Assembly (NCBI RefSeq): GCF_009914755.1
Contig: NC_060928.1
DNA from: the human T2T-CHM13v2.0 reference genome, Homo sapiens
Direction: 5' to 3' (one strand)
Length of the DNA: 64,000 bases
This document shows positions 34,171 to 58,050 of the stretch, in pieces. The notes beneath the pieces are model-generated. The model searched no databases and had not been told where the DNA came from. It was given only the letters and a program-made list of their open reading frames with translations. Each line of letters starts with the position of its first letter. The stretch's first letter is position 1. The position numbers and the translations under genes were made by a program.

Positions 34171-35002
34171 CAGCAGGTCCTTCAACAAGGTTGTTTAGTT
34201 CAACATCGTTTCATTATAAGATTGATGAGAAAAAAAATCAATTCCCAGCCAGGACTACTGACTATGTGAAGCTTACAAGTGCTCCCAATGTCTGGGTGGG
34301 TTTAGCTCAATTCATCTGTTTTCCTCCTGCAGCCCAATGATGCGTACATTAAGTTCATTGGTGTGTTTACATGGCACCAGTCTAAGTGTGAGTGTGGGTG
34401 AATGTGTGTGAGTGTGCCCTGCTATGGGATGGCATCCTGTCCATGGCTGGTTCCTCCCTTGCACTCCAAGCTGCCAGGATAATCTCTGTCCGCCATGACC
34501 CTGAACTTGAATTAGTGCGTTAGAAAATAAATAAATGAATGAATATAAATTACTGACAAACAAAAATTTGTAAAACAGATGATAATCATACAAATGCATG
34601 ACAATAAATGATACAGTACAAAAGCACTCAGCGAGCCCACCTTATTTGTTACTGCTTGTTTTTGACTGCAAGGTGGGAAGTGGTGCTCCTTATAATTTTT
34701 GATCTGCAAATATTTATTTCTTGATTTAAACCACCACCATTACGACAGTGATCACTCACTAATTCACCAAAAGTTTGATAAATAAAATAATTATATTGCT
34801 ATTTTCTATTAATCTTTATGTATAGCTCACATTTAATACAAAATATTTATTATTAAAAGTGTCTTGGGTTTTTATTTAGAAGACTGGTGATGTTCATATT
34901 ACTTTGTCTATGGTAAAACTGGGTTTATGTCATTAGTTTATATGTTATTTAGTTTAAAGTCACAATTTCCAAGAACCTATTAATGATGGTAAGGACTTAC
35001 TG
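34171..35002. mobile_element. MER6 (TcMar-Tigger-type) DNA transposon, ~830 bp
   Basis: Ends cagcaggtcct... and ...aaggacttactg, flanked by TA on both sides; internal gtgccctgctatgggatggcatcctgtccatggctggttcc matches remembered MER6. Confidence 0.85.
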
Positions 35003-35779
35003 TACTGAAAAATATTAGTCAGATAAAGACAGGACAAAACCCATCCAAATGTTGGGAACAAAATAGGCAACATAGTCTGTAATATCAAATACAAGCTGCC
35101 TTGCATTATACAAGTGAAATGTGTATAGCAAAGATGTATTTCATTCTTGTTTTTAAGCTCCTTGAGATATAAGTCTTCGGTTAGCCCATCTGCAGTACTT
35201 GTAGTCTCTAACACAGAGCTTTAATATAAGAGTCACTCATCATCTCATGCATTATTCCCAAAACAGCTTCCTAAACATCTTAAACACACTTCTCAATCAC
35301 ATTTCAATCTATTTCATGTAGAGCTTCCAGGATAACCTATAATACACACATACTCCCTTAAAAGAAGGACAGACTGAAGAACTTCAGTTGCTGTTTTTTA
35401 CCAATGGCATTGAAGCCATAGTCTCTCTTCTGGCACTAGTCATATTTTTTCATAGTTTATGTCCTCTTTATTATTTGCCCAGCCTTTGTAATCATTTAAG
35501 TCATTTTTCTTCTGTCTAAACCATACATATTTGCCAAATAGTTGCAACAAACATGATTTTCCTACCAATTACATATGTATTTTTGCATAGCATTTTAAAA
35601 ATAAGGACATTAAAAAAATGTAGTGGGATAAGCAGGCAAAGCACCAGCCAATAAAGAAAGAAAAAAGGAAGAAAATACTCCTAAAGAAAAGAGGTAAGTT
35701 TCTGAATACTGTTTCTGACTACCATGTCCTTAAGGAATGTCTGTCCTGAGGTCTTGTCCTTAGATTTCGACTTCCACAT

Positions 35780-35955
35780 TACCTTACAGTTTGCCAACCC
35801 CCTTGTTCTGAGAATCTAATCTCCACAACCAGTAATGACACTTTTCTAATGAAAATTAGATTCTATCACATCTCTGGTCAAAACTTCCAATGGCATTCAC
35901 CTCACTCAGAATAAATTGCAACTGGCCCTGTCTCTCCAAACTCATCTCCTAACTA
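35780..35955 (+). mobile_element. L2 LINE fragment
   Basis: tctggtcaaaacttccaatggcattcacctcactcagaataaatt resembles the L2 3' region. Confidence 0.5.
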
Positions 35956-37780
<1,825 letters not shown>

Positions 37781-38410
37781 TGTGATGCTTAATTTTATGT
37801 GTTGACTTGACTGGAACACAGGATCCCCAGATAGCTGATTGAATATTATTTCTGGGTATGTCTGTGAGAGTGTTTCTGAAAGATTCACATTTGAATTGGT
37901 GGACTGGATGAGGCAGATGGCTCTCCCTAATGTGGGTGGGCATCGTCCAATCTGTTGAGGGCTTGAATAGAACAAAAAGGAGGAGGGAGCTTAAATTTGC
38001 TTTCAGCCTGACTGCATGAGCTGGGGCATTGGTTTTCTACTGCCGTAAATGCTCTTGATTCTCAAATCTTTAGAAAATGGCTGGAACCTACACCATCAGC
38101 TTTCTAGCTCTCAGGCCTTCAAACTATACCACCAACTTCTCTCAGTCTCCAGCTTGCAGACAGCAGATTGTGGGACTTTTCAGCCTTCATAATTGCATGA
38201 ACCAATACCTTATAATAAATCTCTTTATATATTCATATATTCAATACCTTATATGTGCTATGTATATTATATACGGCATATATATTTTCATGTATTGAAT
38301 ATATGAATATATGAAGAGATTTATTATGTATATTATATAGGTCATAATATATATAGGGTATTGTATATATGGTATTGGTTCTGTTTCTTTAGAGAAGCCA
38401 GACTAATATA
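37781..38410 (+). mobile_element. MLT2-family (ERVL) 3' LTR
   Basis: tgtgatgcttaattttatgtgttgacttgactgg...gcagatggctctccctaatgtgggtgggcatcgtccaatc...attggttctgtttctttagagaagccagactaatata. Confidence 0.88.
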
Positions 38411-40056
38411 GTTGGCATTACATAATTTCCGTATTTCATTTTTTATTAATATCTATAAATTTCTGTTGTAAAGGATTGTTTAGAACACTGTAAATGTTAT
38501 AAATTAAGTACCCAGTAGATTGCCTAGCACAAAATAATGTGTGTGTCTGTGTGTGTTAAAAAAATGTCTTTCGATGTAAAGAGCGTCTACTATTACTACT
38601 ATTGATATTTTAATGAGAGTCATTATATTTCTGAACAGAAAAACAGTTTTTTCTCCTGAGCTAGTGAGAATCTTTTTAAAAGTCCAGAACCAATTTTCTT
38701 ATTTTGATTACCTTTGAATATCTCGGAAACTAGGAAGTTTTGGAATGATCATAGAGAAGGTGATGATGGTGCCAAGAGAACTAAAAGCATGGAAGTGCTA
38801 GCATATCTCAGAGAACCTGAGCATCCACGCTGGACCTTAGGGCTGTATGTATCGCTAACCCTTGCTTTCTTCTAGCAGACTGTGTGCAGCAACAACAAAA
38901 ACAGCAAGTGCTTTAAGCATTCCCTGCAGGACACCTAAGTACTACTCTTCAAAATACCCTAGGGAGTTTGCTTTATTTTTCTGAGATAAATCATACCACA
39001 ATGCATCACATTTCTTCTTTAGGAAAAGAGAATACAAAAGAAGTCAGCGTTGCTTTGGAATGGGCCTATGGACCGAAAACACATTACAGCATAATACAAC
39101 CCAATCACAGCTTCACTTATCTATTTGGAAAGGCATTTATATTACACTTATTACCTAGTACCTGTTAAAGCTGTTTATGGAGACCACAAGGAAGAAATAA
39201 TTTTTATGCTTCTTTTAGCTTGCTATAAATTCAGAAACAATTTTGCTTGAACAGCTGATCTGTGAATTAATAATGAGAGACTATAACTTTTTTTCACTAC
39301 ACTATGTCAAGTACTTCCTTTATGTTTAAAAACTGATGAGGCTTAAAACTCCATTTCTTTACAGGAAACAGATTTCAAAGCCATATGGGACAATCACCAT
39401 TTCCCTCATATGGAAAGTTCTTTCCAAGTTCATGACTTGACTAGTAAAAATAAATAAATAAAAACAGTGTTGAGTTTAGTATAAAATATTATGATCCTTC
39501 TTTAAAGGTTTCCTGGAAATAGTCTTCTAAAATATCCTGTGAAGAGTAATTTTTAGTAAAACACATTGTGATTTATCTCAGAAATGCTGGCTATCAAAAG
39601 TAACAACTGACTGAGTCTTTAATGAGAAAAATCCTCTCAATTGCTTTCATTGACTATATGTGTTTGAATTTTAGATTTTTTAAAATTTTTCGTTATGTTT
39701 TTTGAAATGGAATAATTCTCTGATAATTCTCTTATGCATTCCAGTTTTCTTCATATCTTTTATTTTTTTGGCATGATAGCTCACTATTTTTCTTTTTTTA
39801 AAGTTAATTATGGACTTTATTTGTTTAGGCCTACTATATTTTTCATTCAATATTAGCTTGAATTTCCGGAGACTGAGATATTAGTGAAATAAAGCACTGT
39901 GCATTTCATCATTGAGATAATTGGACAGATACAGGCCATAATGAAAATACCTTCTTCCAGGGTGATGCATTAGTCCTGCAAATGAAATAACAGCAGTTCA
40001 TCCAAAGCCAACTTGAAAGTGGTTTGAGGCAGTGGACAAGGCTTGATCTTTCCTAG

Positions 40057-40402
<346 letters not shown>

Positions 40403-40918
40403 CTTTCCTAGTATTTTATATTGCTTATCATCACAGTGGGAGGGGAAATAGGTTTGTGCTGACCTTGAAAGATTGCTCAGATTATCCATGTAATAAGAGT
40501 AACTCTTGAAGTGGTTTTAATATAATTATTTTGTCTTTGCATATATATTGTTCATTTCATTAAAATAATCATTTACTGTTTAGTGGGAACATAGGGCATA
40601 GTGTTAAATGATATAATGTTTTTAAGGCAACTAGTTTTTTTTTTTTAGGTTTTATTTTTTGAGGAACAGGAAAAGAATTTCTTAAATGTTTCCTGTAGAA
40701 GACTTGCATTTTTGTTTACTTAAATAAAAGCTTACATCTCCTTTTCCTCCTTTAAATAAAAAAAAAAAATGGTTTTCTTTTGTAATATTCCCTCATCTAT
40801 CTCTTTTTATATTTTTTTCTAAAGAAAGGGAATATTGCTTCTCTCTTATTTTTCTCCAAAATTCATTATGTTGATAAGATTTTGCAAATAACCAGACTCA
40901 AAATGTAGAGACTGGAAA

Positions 40919-41340
40919 TGTTAAAGAATTCTGGGAGGCCATTATTTTGGACTGAGCTCCTGTACTAGGTCCTAGCAGACCAGTCCAAATGAAAATGAAG
41001 TCACTTATACTAAATATCGGATAATCAAACTAAAACTTTATGGAAGTAGATTGATCTAAAAACAAACCAGTTGTTTTGAAATCAGAGTCAGCATAATAGG
41101 AGAGTCCTCTCTGCTTTAACCCTTCAAAGAAAAGCAAACTCAAATAACTGAATGTTAACCAATTGGCTTTTTCCCCATTGTTCTGTTTTCTTGTTCCCAC
41201 CTTACAAAATTCACTGTTTTGCCATTGCCCAGTGTGAGCTCTTCATTACATTTTGTTGGAAGGAGCCAGCCTCAATTCATGAAGGGCAAATAAAAGCCAT
41301 TAGATCTATAAATAAATTGGTTGTAATTTTGTCTTTTGCA
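40919..41340 (+). mobile_element. ERV1-class (MER4-group-like) solo LTR, 422 bp
   Basis: TG...CA termini, 4-bp TSD gaaa at 40915-40918 and 41341-41344, CCAAT box and AATAAA at 41290. Confidence 0.8.
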
Positions 41341-41929
41341 GAAATTGTCAGAATGTGGTAGAATACTACTTTGGATCTTTGCAAATAACACACTGCAAAT
41401 GAGCTTCAATTTTACGAATTTTTTTAAAAAAGATTATATGCTGTTAAAAGTTTTCAGAGGCTGACACTAAAGTTAGGGATAAACTGAGAGCTAGGAAAGA
41501 ATATATATATATCTCCAGAAAATCTACCATCTTGATTTAATGTCCAAGTTTTCCATATTTAGATATTAGCCATATCGAGGTATGTTAGACGACAGATCCA
41601 AAGAATATGGGTGTGTCTGTCTCTGGCAGAATGTCAGCAGAACAGGTTTATAGAGCCTAGGATTTATTTATACTTAAGGGTACACTTGGCAGTATGGTGA
41701 ATAGAGCTATATTTTAGATACAGTAGGTTTTTGAATGATTCGTGTATCACATTTTCATAGCTATTTTTTGCCCAGGAAATTCCTATTCTGAAGAATTGTT
41801 GCCTCCTTTAAGAGAATGATTAACACTTAGTAGTCCTTGTGCACTACCACAAGGCATTAGAGAGAAGAATAGCACAGAAAGCTGGATGTTCTGGTCTGAG
41901 GCAATCTTAAGACCCTGGAGTTTGCTTTG

Positions 41930-42085
41930 GAGCTGGAGTGACTTTGGAGATGATCTGGTTCAATCCCCTCACTTTACAGATGAAAATCTTGAAACCCAGT
42001 GAGATTAAAGGATATGCCTGAAATCACACAGCTCACTTATTGAAGAGCTTGGATTAGATCCTATGTTCCCAAATTCTGTTCTCTC
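41930..42085 (-). mobile_element. MIR fragment
   Basis: cccctcactttacagatgaaaatcttgaaacccagtgagattaaag...aatcacacagct. Confidence 0.6.
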
Positions 42086-42823
42086 TCTTTTTCTCTCTCA
42101 GGAGTGAGGCAACCGCTTCTCTCTCAAGAGTGAGGGTAGAGCTTAAAGGTGCTGTAGGGATTTTTTTTTTTTTAATTCTAAATTGGCACATAGAAAAAAA
42201 GGACAGATTATTTGGGAGTTTATCAAAGGTTTTAAACTTTAAAAAGGGTTGGAAAATATGCTTAATGAAAAAAATGAACATCTTCTAGTTAATATCTCAA
42301 TCCATACTACTTGCTTAATATTATTTATACTGTGTAATTCATAAACATTTTTGTATCTGCATATTATTCATTATATATAATGATTAAATTTTTGAATTAA
42401 CTATATGTAGCAACTCTATTCAAATAACACTTATTTAACAATAACTGTTTGCTAGTTATTGCACTGTGTGAAGAGTTTAACAAATTCTAATACCTAACCT
42501 CTAGAATCTCAATATCTAAACAAGTGCAAAGATAAACAGTATGATAAATGCTTCAATAGCTGTAATCATAATAAGTCTTGAGAATATAAGAAAGAGTCAG
42601 GGTAATATAGATGCAGCTAGGCAATGGTACAGGAGAAATCTGGAAAGATTCTCAGAACTAACAGACATGATTCAGTGTGAATTTTAAACAAAAGACAGAG
42701 CTTGTAAGCAGATAGCAGATAGGAAGATGAGTGTTTTGGTACAGAAATTATTCAGAGTCCACTTCTGCCACTTGCCCCTCCTCCTCTCAAAGCTCGAGGG
42801 AACAAATCATCTAATAGAAGATA

Positions 42824-42950
42824 ATTTTTTTTGTTTGAGGTGGAGTCTCACTCTGTTGCCCAGGCTTGAGTGCAGTGGCACAGTCTGGCTCACTGCAACC
42901 TCTGCCTCTCGGGTTCAAGTGATTCTCCTTCCTCAGCCTCCCGAGTAACT
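42824..42950 (-). mobile_element. Truncated Alu (3' part of right arm)
   Basis: tttgaggtggagtctcactctgttgcccagg...cctcagcctcccgagtaac, then an abrupt end. Confidence 0.85.
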
Positions 42951-43481
42951 GTGAAGAAAAGTAAAACAACCTTACTTTGTCTGATCTCTTGCTATGAGTG
43001 ACTTTAAAATAATTTTATGTAATATTTATTTGTTTACCTAATGGTCTCTAGCCACACTTAAAACGTTTGCCAACTATCTCAGAGAAAACAACAAAATATG
43101 GTTTTCTAAAATACACATATTTTTTACCAAAGATCATTTAAATATAAATTACATCAATACTATGACAACAGATTTTAATGGTCTAAATCAATTGTTGAGC
43201 TTAAAATGTAAATAACATATTATCTAATATAGAAAACCAAGTGTTACTAATATGCAGGTATTATAAGTATACAAAATAGAATTTAGCTAGAGTTAGAGAA
43301 CTTCTATATTAGACACTAATGTTTCATAATAGAAGGCAACTTTACAGTTTCGTCCAGATGTTAATAAATTTCCTTAGAAAAGGCTCTCCCTTTTTATTCT
43401 TACTTTTAATTCAGTATAATTAAATTTATTTTATTAAACTTCTGCTGAATGTTAACTTCTGTAGCAGCCATATTATATGCT

Positions 43482-43927
43482 ATGTCAGCCATGGGAATGA
43501 GCTCAACAGATCTTCTCCTCTGGGGAGCTTAATTTGACAAGGGTCCCACACCTTTGCTTTGAAACCTATAGCTGCATTTGTGAAATGACCTTGTTTTTCA
43601 CAAGCTGCTCTGAGGCAGTGGCTGAATCTAGTGCTGATACTAAAGCAGAGATGATGTGAGGATTCACTGCATAAGGATTTTGGCTCTGGAGCTTCCAACA
43701 GCATTGCTAAGTATTCCTTAGACTCTACGTCAGTCTAAGATGCCTTCACCCAAACTAACTTCCTTTGTTACCATCTTTTTAACTCAGGGTCAGACCAGCA
43801 CCACGGTCAGACAAATTCCTGAGAATTATTCAGCTCCCTCTCCATTTTTTTCTCAAAAAGGTGTGTCCCTAAATAAACTGCTTGAAATCAGCTTGGTGTC
43901 TGCTTCTTAATGGACTCAGAATAAAAC
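43482..43927 (+). mobile_element. ERVL-class solo LTR (LTR16-like)
   Basis: tgtcagccatgggaatgagctcaacagatc...ccctaaataaac...ttggtgtctgcttctt...aaaca. Confidence 0.55.
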
Positions 43928-44037
43928 ACACATATATAAATGATACGTAAAGACAATGTCTGATAACAATTAGCCATATTATGAATGTGACAAATGGTAC
44001 ACAGAAACAACAAATTATTTTTAATCAAGAAGTTGAG

Positions 44038-51987
<7,950 letters not shown>

Positions 51988-53149
51988 AAGGAGTTGAGTC
52001 TTCATAATAAGCAATCAAAACCAGATGGTCCCTTGGCAACTCTCAAAAACACTAGTCAAATTTGTCAATAAATGTAGCACTTATAATTCTACCACAAAGA
52101 AACAACTGGACTTCCCCCCAAAGAACTAAAACTTTTTTTAAAGTTTATTTTATTTTATTATAAAGTACACCATGCTTTTTCATTTAAACCAGGCTTTATA
52201 TGTGTTATTTTCTCTACCTATAAGTTTCCTCACATTTCTTGCCTTGATTGGCTGACAATCTATTACTCTGCAAGTTTTTGTGGTTGTCATAGAGTAAAAA
52301 TTTTCCAAGAGAACCAAGCAAAAGATACTTATCCTTTTAAAGGAGGCCAAATATTTAAGAGATCGCTGTGTAGTCACCAATTCAGGCAGGGGACACAGCA
52401 GCATACTTCCAGTTGGAGGGGTAATTTTACTAAGCCTTCAAGTCCCCGTAAAAGCACCCAACTACTCATGGTAGCCTTTAAATAGGATAAAAATCTAAAC
52501 ACGTTTTTCTTCCTCCCTTTCTCAGGAGATTTACATACTTTCCTAGTTTCTTCTAACTTTTAGGGAGGTTTTGGCTGCTGCTTGCTTGCCTGCCTAATGT
52601 GTGAAAACCATAACCATTCCTGAGTATTTATTGGTGAATTAATGTTCAATTTTCTTGGCAAACTATCCCTGGACATTTTCATGTGCCATGTTTTACTTTC
52701 TTCCATTTCTCCAACATCCATTTTGTGCATCATTGCTTCGGCTGCATTTCTTCTGACTTCTCCAGAATAGGTTCACCTTCACTTCTGTATGAAGTGTCTC
52801 ATTGACACATTTATTATAACACAACATAAGGTATCAAACTCTGTTTATGTATTAAGCCATTTTAATAGTGAGGGACAGTATTCATTAAAATGTAGGTATT
52901 TGTAATATCTGTATCAAAACCCTTCATCTATGCCTATGTCCCATCTATGCCCGCAGATGGTCAGATTGAGCCTGTCACAACTTTGGAACATCTATATCAT
53001 TCAGAATAATTATGATTATCAGCTCTTGCTTGCAATAGAGAAAACAAAAGAAAATCTTCAGCAGTTTTAAGATTGCAGGGGAAAGTTTTCAAAGAAGTTA
53101 GCAAGTAACTTCTACGAGTATATTCAATAATTCCTTCACATAACATTGT

Positions 53150-53480
53150 GAATTTGTACCATATGCCAGGCAATAAACTATGTATTGGGAATAACAATAC
53201 AATGATTGTAATTTTGTTATTAAGGGCCTTATTCTCATAATGAAGACAAATATGTCAACAAATGTTTGAAAAAATGAGTTATGCTATTATAAAAGCTTGC
53301 ATATAACGCCATTAAAATAGAAATTGGAGGCATTGGAATAGGTTCAACAGAGGAGGCAAGGCTAGTGGAAGAGATATTGAAGCATTAAGAGAGCCTGGCA
53401 TGGTAGAGGCACTGTGAGCAGTTTGGTGGAAGGAGAGATCACTGCGGGTTTGACAGTAGGAGGTAACAGCTAGTGAGGGT
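53150..53480 (-). mobile_element. L2 fragments
   Basis: taccatatgccaggcaataaactatgtattggga...; purine-rich L2-like stretch. Confidence 0.45.
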
Positions 53481-53509
53481 GGGAAAAAAAGAAAGAAAAT
53501 AAAACAACG

Positions 53510-53847
<338 letters not shown>

Positions 53848-55619
53848 TTATTTCTTTTAAAGAGAATGGACACTTTATCATATTTGAAGCAATGACTTAA
53901 TTACAAATGCAATATAAGCAAGAAGGCAATTCAACAAATTAAAATGTATGTGTTGGTGATAGAATTGTTAGCAATTGGGAATTTTCTGAATGTGAGAAGT
54001 GAGATGGTGGATGGATTTTCCACATGGAAGCAGAAGTCACTTTGGTAGGGCTTGGCATAGAGAAAAAGGAAGTTCCTGAAGTCCTCGAGAGGATTTCCTT
54101 AAAAGGGGTGGCTTGGATGCTGTGAGATAACAAGAAGTAAGAAGACTCGGGAGTGATACAATTGAGACGGAAGACTTACTCCTCCGAAGAGGATGCTTTT
54201 GTCTTTTTCTCATGTTGGCGGAGGATTAATGGTCTATAAATGACAGTGTAGGCAAAGATGGGCAAGGCAAACAATTCCTCCCCTCATTCCCGCACAAGTC
54301 AAAGCTGTTTAGAAAAGACTACCAAGCATATGTGCAAAAAGAAGCCGTCGAAAAGAAGAATGAATTTCATTAAAGGCAGGAAGGGTGAAGAAATACTGGG
54401 AAAAGGCTATGGATGTAAAGAAATTTAACTTAAATAGCTGTCTATAAAAGTGAGATAATGTTGAGCCATCTGAAGTGATTCTCTGCCTATGAGCCCATCT
54501 GGCCATTTGAGGTTTTCCTATTTATCTGTAAGTGGGCCAGAGCTTCTTCTTACTATTTTTTTTTCTTTTATGTGCTTCATGTACTAGAGAGAAAATAAAA
54601 ACTGCTACTTAGAAATAAGTGAGCAGCTCATTGTACTAGATGCACTCATAGTGAAAATGAATATCCCACTCAACAAAAGTATTTTATCTAAAATCTATTG
54701 CCTTTTAATTTTCCCTTTTATGTCTTGCTGATGATTAAAAAAAGCTGCCCAGTTAGCTTCTCATATAGCTACAGAATGATGTTTTTACAATTTCTCATGA
54801 TAAAAGTATTTATAAAATTCTAAAGAACACCCGAAATTATTTTCAGTTCTATAATTCATAAAAGTAAATGAACAAAATATAATTGAATTGAACTAAACTA
54901 TATCAATACTGTACAAGGATTCAAAATTAAAATTAAATTGATGAATCAAATGTAATGAAGTAACTATGATATTGCAAATGATTAATTTTTTTACAAACTA
55001 ACTATTATATATGAAGTAACATTTTGTAAAGAGATAAGCAATATAATCTGATATAATCGATTAGAAATGAAAATATGTTTTATAGTTATTATTTTCCATT
55101 ATAGTAAAAATGTAAGTATAGGTTATATCCCTTCTAAAGTCTATGCTGGTATTATATGAAAGTGAGTACAAATATTGATGATTATAGTTTTTTTTTTTTA
55201 ACACATTGACAACTGTAAGGGACAATCTTAGATGATACTGAAAATAATAAATGAGCATGCTTATTTTCTCCTGGAAATAATATAAGCATTTAAAATATCA
55301 GAACATAGTAACTACTGAATTATTATGAAACACATAATCAATATAATTTTATTCAGTCGGTGTCTTGTAAAATGATGTAATATTTATTGCACATTAATGA
55401 TAGATCTCAAAAGCCTGTCCATTACTTCAGAAATATATCTTAACAAATAATAGTTTCAACATGCCTCTACAGAACAAACAAACAAATGGTGGCTATGTAA
55501 ACGAAGGGAAGGCAAACTTTAAATGGTGTCGAGTGTGTATGTTTGGTGTTTGTGGATGAGTGAGTTGGAGGCACGTAGTGCCCACAGCAGAGCAAAGTGC
55601 CTTAGAAGATTTACATGTA

Positions 55620-55785
55620 GCACTCCAACCAGACTACGGTTTGTTTCTCAGCTCCGCAATTCAATAACCATGTACTCTTGTGTGAACCATTTTAATTTAT
55701 GAGTCTGTTTTCTAATTCATAAAATAGACTGCTATGATTAATATGGTTGTTATGATTAAAAATGGGCTAAAATATGCAAAGAATA
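55620..55785 (+). mobile_element. MIR fragment
   Basis: ccagactacggtttgtttctcagctccgc...tctgttttctaattcataaaatag...ggttgttatgattaaa. Confidence 0.5.
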
Positions 55786-56538
55786 GGCATCATCATCATT
55801 ACAAACACAGATAAAACACTTAATTGTGACTTATTTGTGAAGTGATATTAAAAGTATCTGACCATTGATAGGTAACAAGCATCAAGAATTAGAATCTTTG
55901 ACAATTTGGTATACATTTGCTTAAGATGAGCCCTGATTATTTAACACACACACACACACACCCCACACGCACACGTGTGCCTTTCTGCAAATATATGTAT
56001 ATACAGGGTGATTTAAAATCAACTGATACTTTCAAATTTTTTATGCAAAATTAAGTTATATAGACATCAAGTTACAGAGGTACATTTTTGTGCATCTAAG
56101 AATTATTTCAGGTAGTTCCCCAAGTGAATGGCCAAAGTGAATGGGGTCTGAGTTAAGCATTTTCTCATCCCCTGGTCAGGCACATTTTCTGTAAGTAATT
56201 GAGAATAGAGTATTGCCATATCTGGAAGTTGCAGGGTCTGACAGAAGCAGATAATGCCAAACAATACAACATCTGATAAAATTACTAGAGTCATAGAGAA
56301 GAATAAGGTGACTTTACAGGTCACCTCACAATGAAATGCTACTATTTATTTTTCCCTTTTGAGCAGAAAAAAGAATAACCTTAATCCTCCACAAAAGGCA
56401 CTAAAAGTGAACAAATCATCATTAAACATGTAAGAGATTCGCCAACACACAGGGCTTAGTTTCATAAATTTTTGTACAGAACGTAATGAGACCAATATCA
56501 CATATCTGGACTTGATAGAGTATTTTTTCCTCCTACAC

Positions 56539-56736
56539 CACTGTGTCCAAACTTTTGGCTTCCCTGGGCCACAATGGAAGAAGAAGCATTGTCCTGGGGC
56601 ACACATAAAATACACTAACACTAACGACAGCTGATGAGCCGAAAAAGAAAAAAAAAAGGTCTGTGCATAAATTTTGTGATATCTCCCACAACAGATAAGC
56701 AAAAAAGTCCCGCATTCAAAGGGTTAGACATGGCTG
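56539..56736. mobile_element. MER30/MER30B (hAT-Charlie) MITE
   Basis: cactgtgtccaaacttttggcttccctgggccaca...aaatacactaacactaacgacagctgatgagc...gggttagacatggctg; 8-bp imperfect TSD tcctacac / ttttacac. Confidence 0.85.
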
Positions 56737-58050
56737 TTTTACACCTACAGATAGTCTCTGACAACTTCATTTTCCAGAAGAATGTGGTTCTGTTTTGCTC
56801 TCCTCATGCTTTCCTGACTTTCCTAATGAACACCTACTATGATTCTGACTTGGTCGTTCTGTTGGTAATACTGACCTGCTTCTGGATTTGCTAGATAATC
56901 ACACATCTCAATGACTTCTTATTTTAGATATTCTTGTTTTTACTACATTTTCCTTTTGGCCTTGAGGAAATAAAGGTCTCCATCACAGTTATGATTTCAA
57001 CCCTCGATGCTGTTTTTCCTCAAAGTGCTGAGATAAATTACATTATAGGATTGACGTTTACATTTTAGACCAGTGGCACCCATTGAGCATGATAGAAATC
57101 ATTGTGAAGTCCATTACTAATTTATTTTGCATGCATATTGATATTCCTGTTAAATTGCCTAATAAATTTTGAGTGTCTAAACATTTACCTACCTGATACT
57201 TATAAGGTAATAAGCACACAAGTTTATTATTTGATTACTGACATTTAGAAAAAATCCTCCAGCATTCCATTTAATAGTCATTTATTTAGAAACCTTCCAT
57301 ATCATCTTTGTTACAGGATGTTTTTTCTCTAAATATTTCTGGTAAGATATAAGGCAGTCAGTGGCGCTAAGGCACATCCCAGGAGTAGTGTGAATCATCA
57401 GTGCTCATGATTGACAAACAGACAAACAAAAACTATCCTACATTTTGAATCTCTTCCACGTTTTGTTTGCTGAAGACTGTGATTTGCTTTCTCTACAACA
57501 CCAATATTAAAACTCCAAATTAAACCGAATGAACAAGACTTCTTGAGCGTTATAAATTACTTAATAAGTATATTTAATGTCAACTGCAGATGATATTGCC
57601 CTTCATTGTTACAATTTAATAAAGTTCAGTTTACAAAAAAAGCATTATAATTTATGCCGAAATATCAGCCATGAGGTGGTTGAGATTCCAACTTACAAAT
57701 TTCACCAATTAACAAACATTTCTGTAAACTAGGTTAAAGCTAAATAAAAACTGAGAAGCCTAATGAAATATTTCCTTCAATATACATGGCTTTGAACCAG
57801 GGAAAATTTCACTGAGTTAAGTCTCTACGGCATCTTCAGAATTGTGTGAAAGACAAATTTTGAACAAGCAATTTAGGAGATTTAAAATAGAATCTACCTG
57901 AGGAAAAAATAGGTTCTCTAAACCCTAGAAGAATTTTATTACTCCCAGGGTTCAAGGTTTTTTGAATCATAAGTTTCCATCAAATCCTAAATGAAATAAA
58001 ATGTTTCCCTTTGAGGAAAGTCCTAGTGAATTTTCTCTTCTTGGTAGGAC

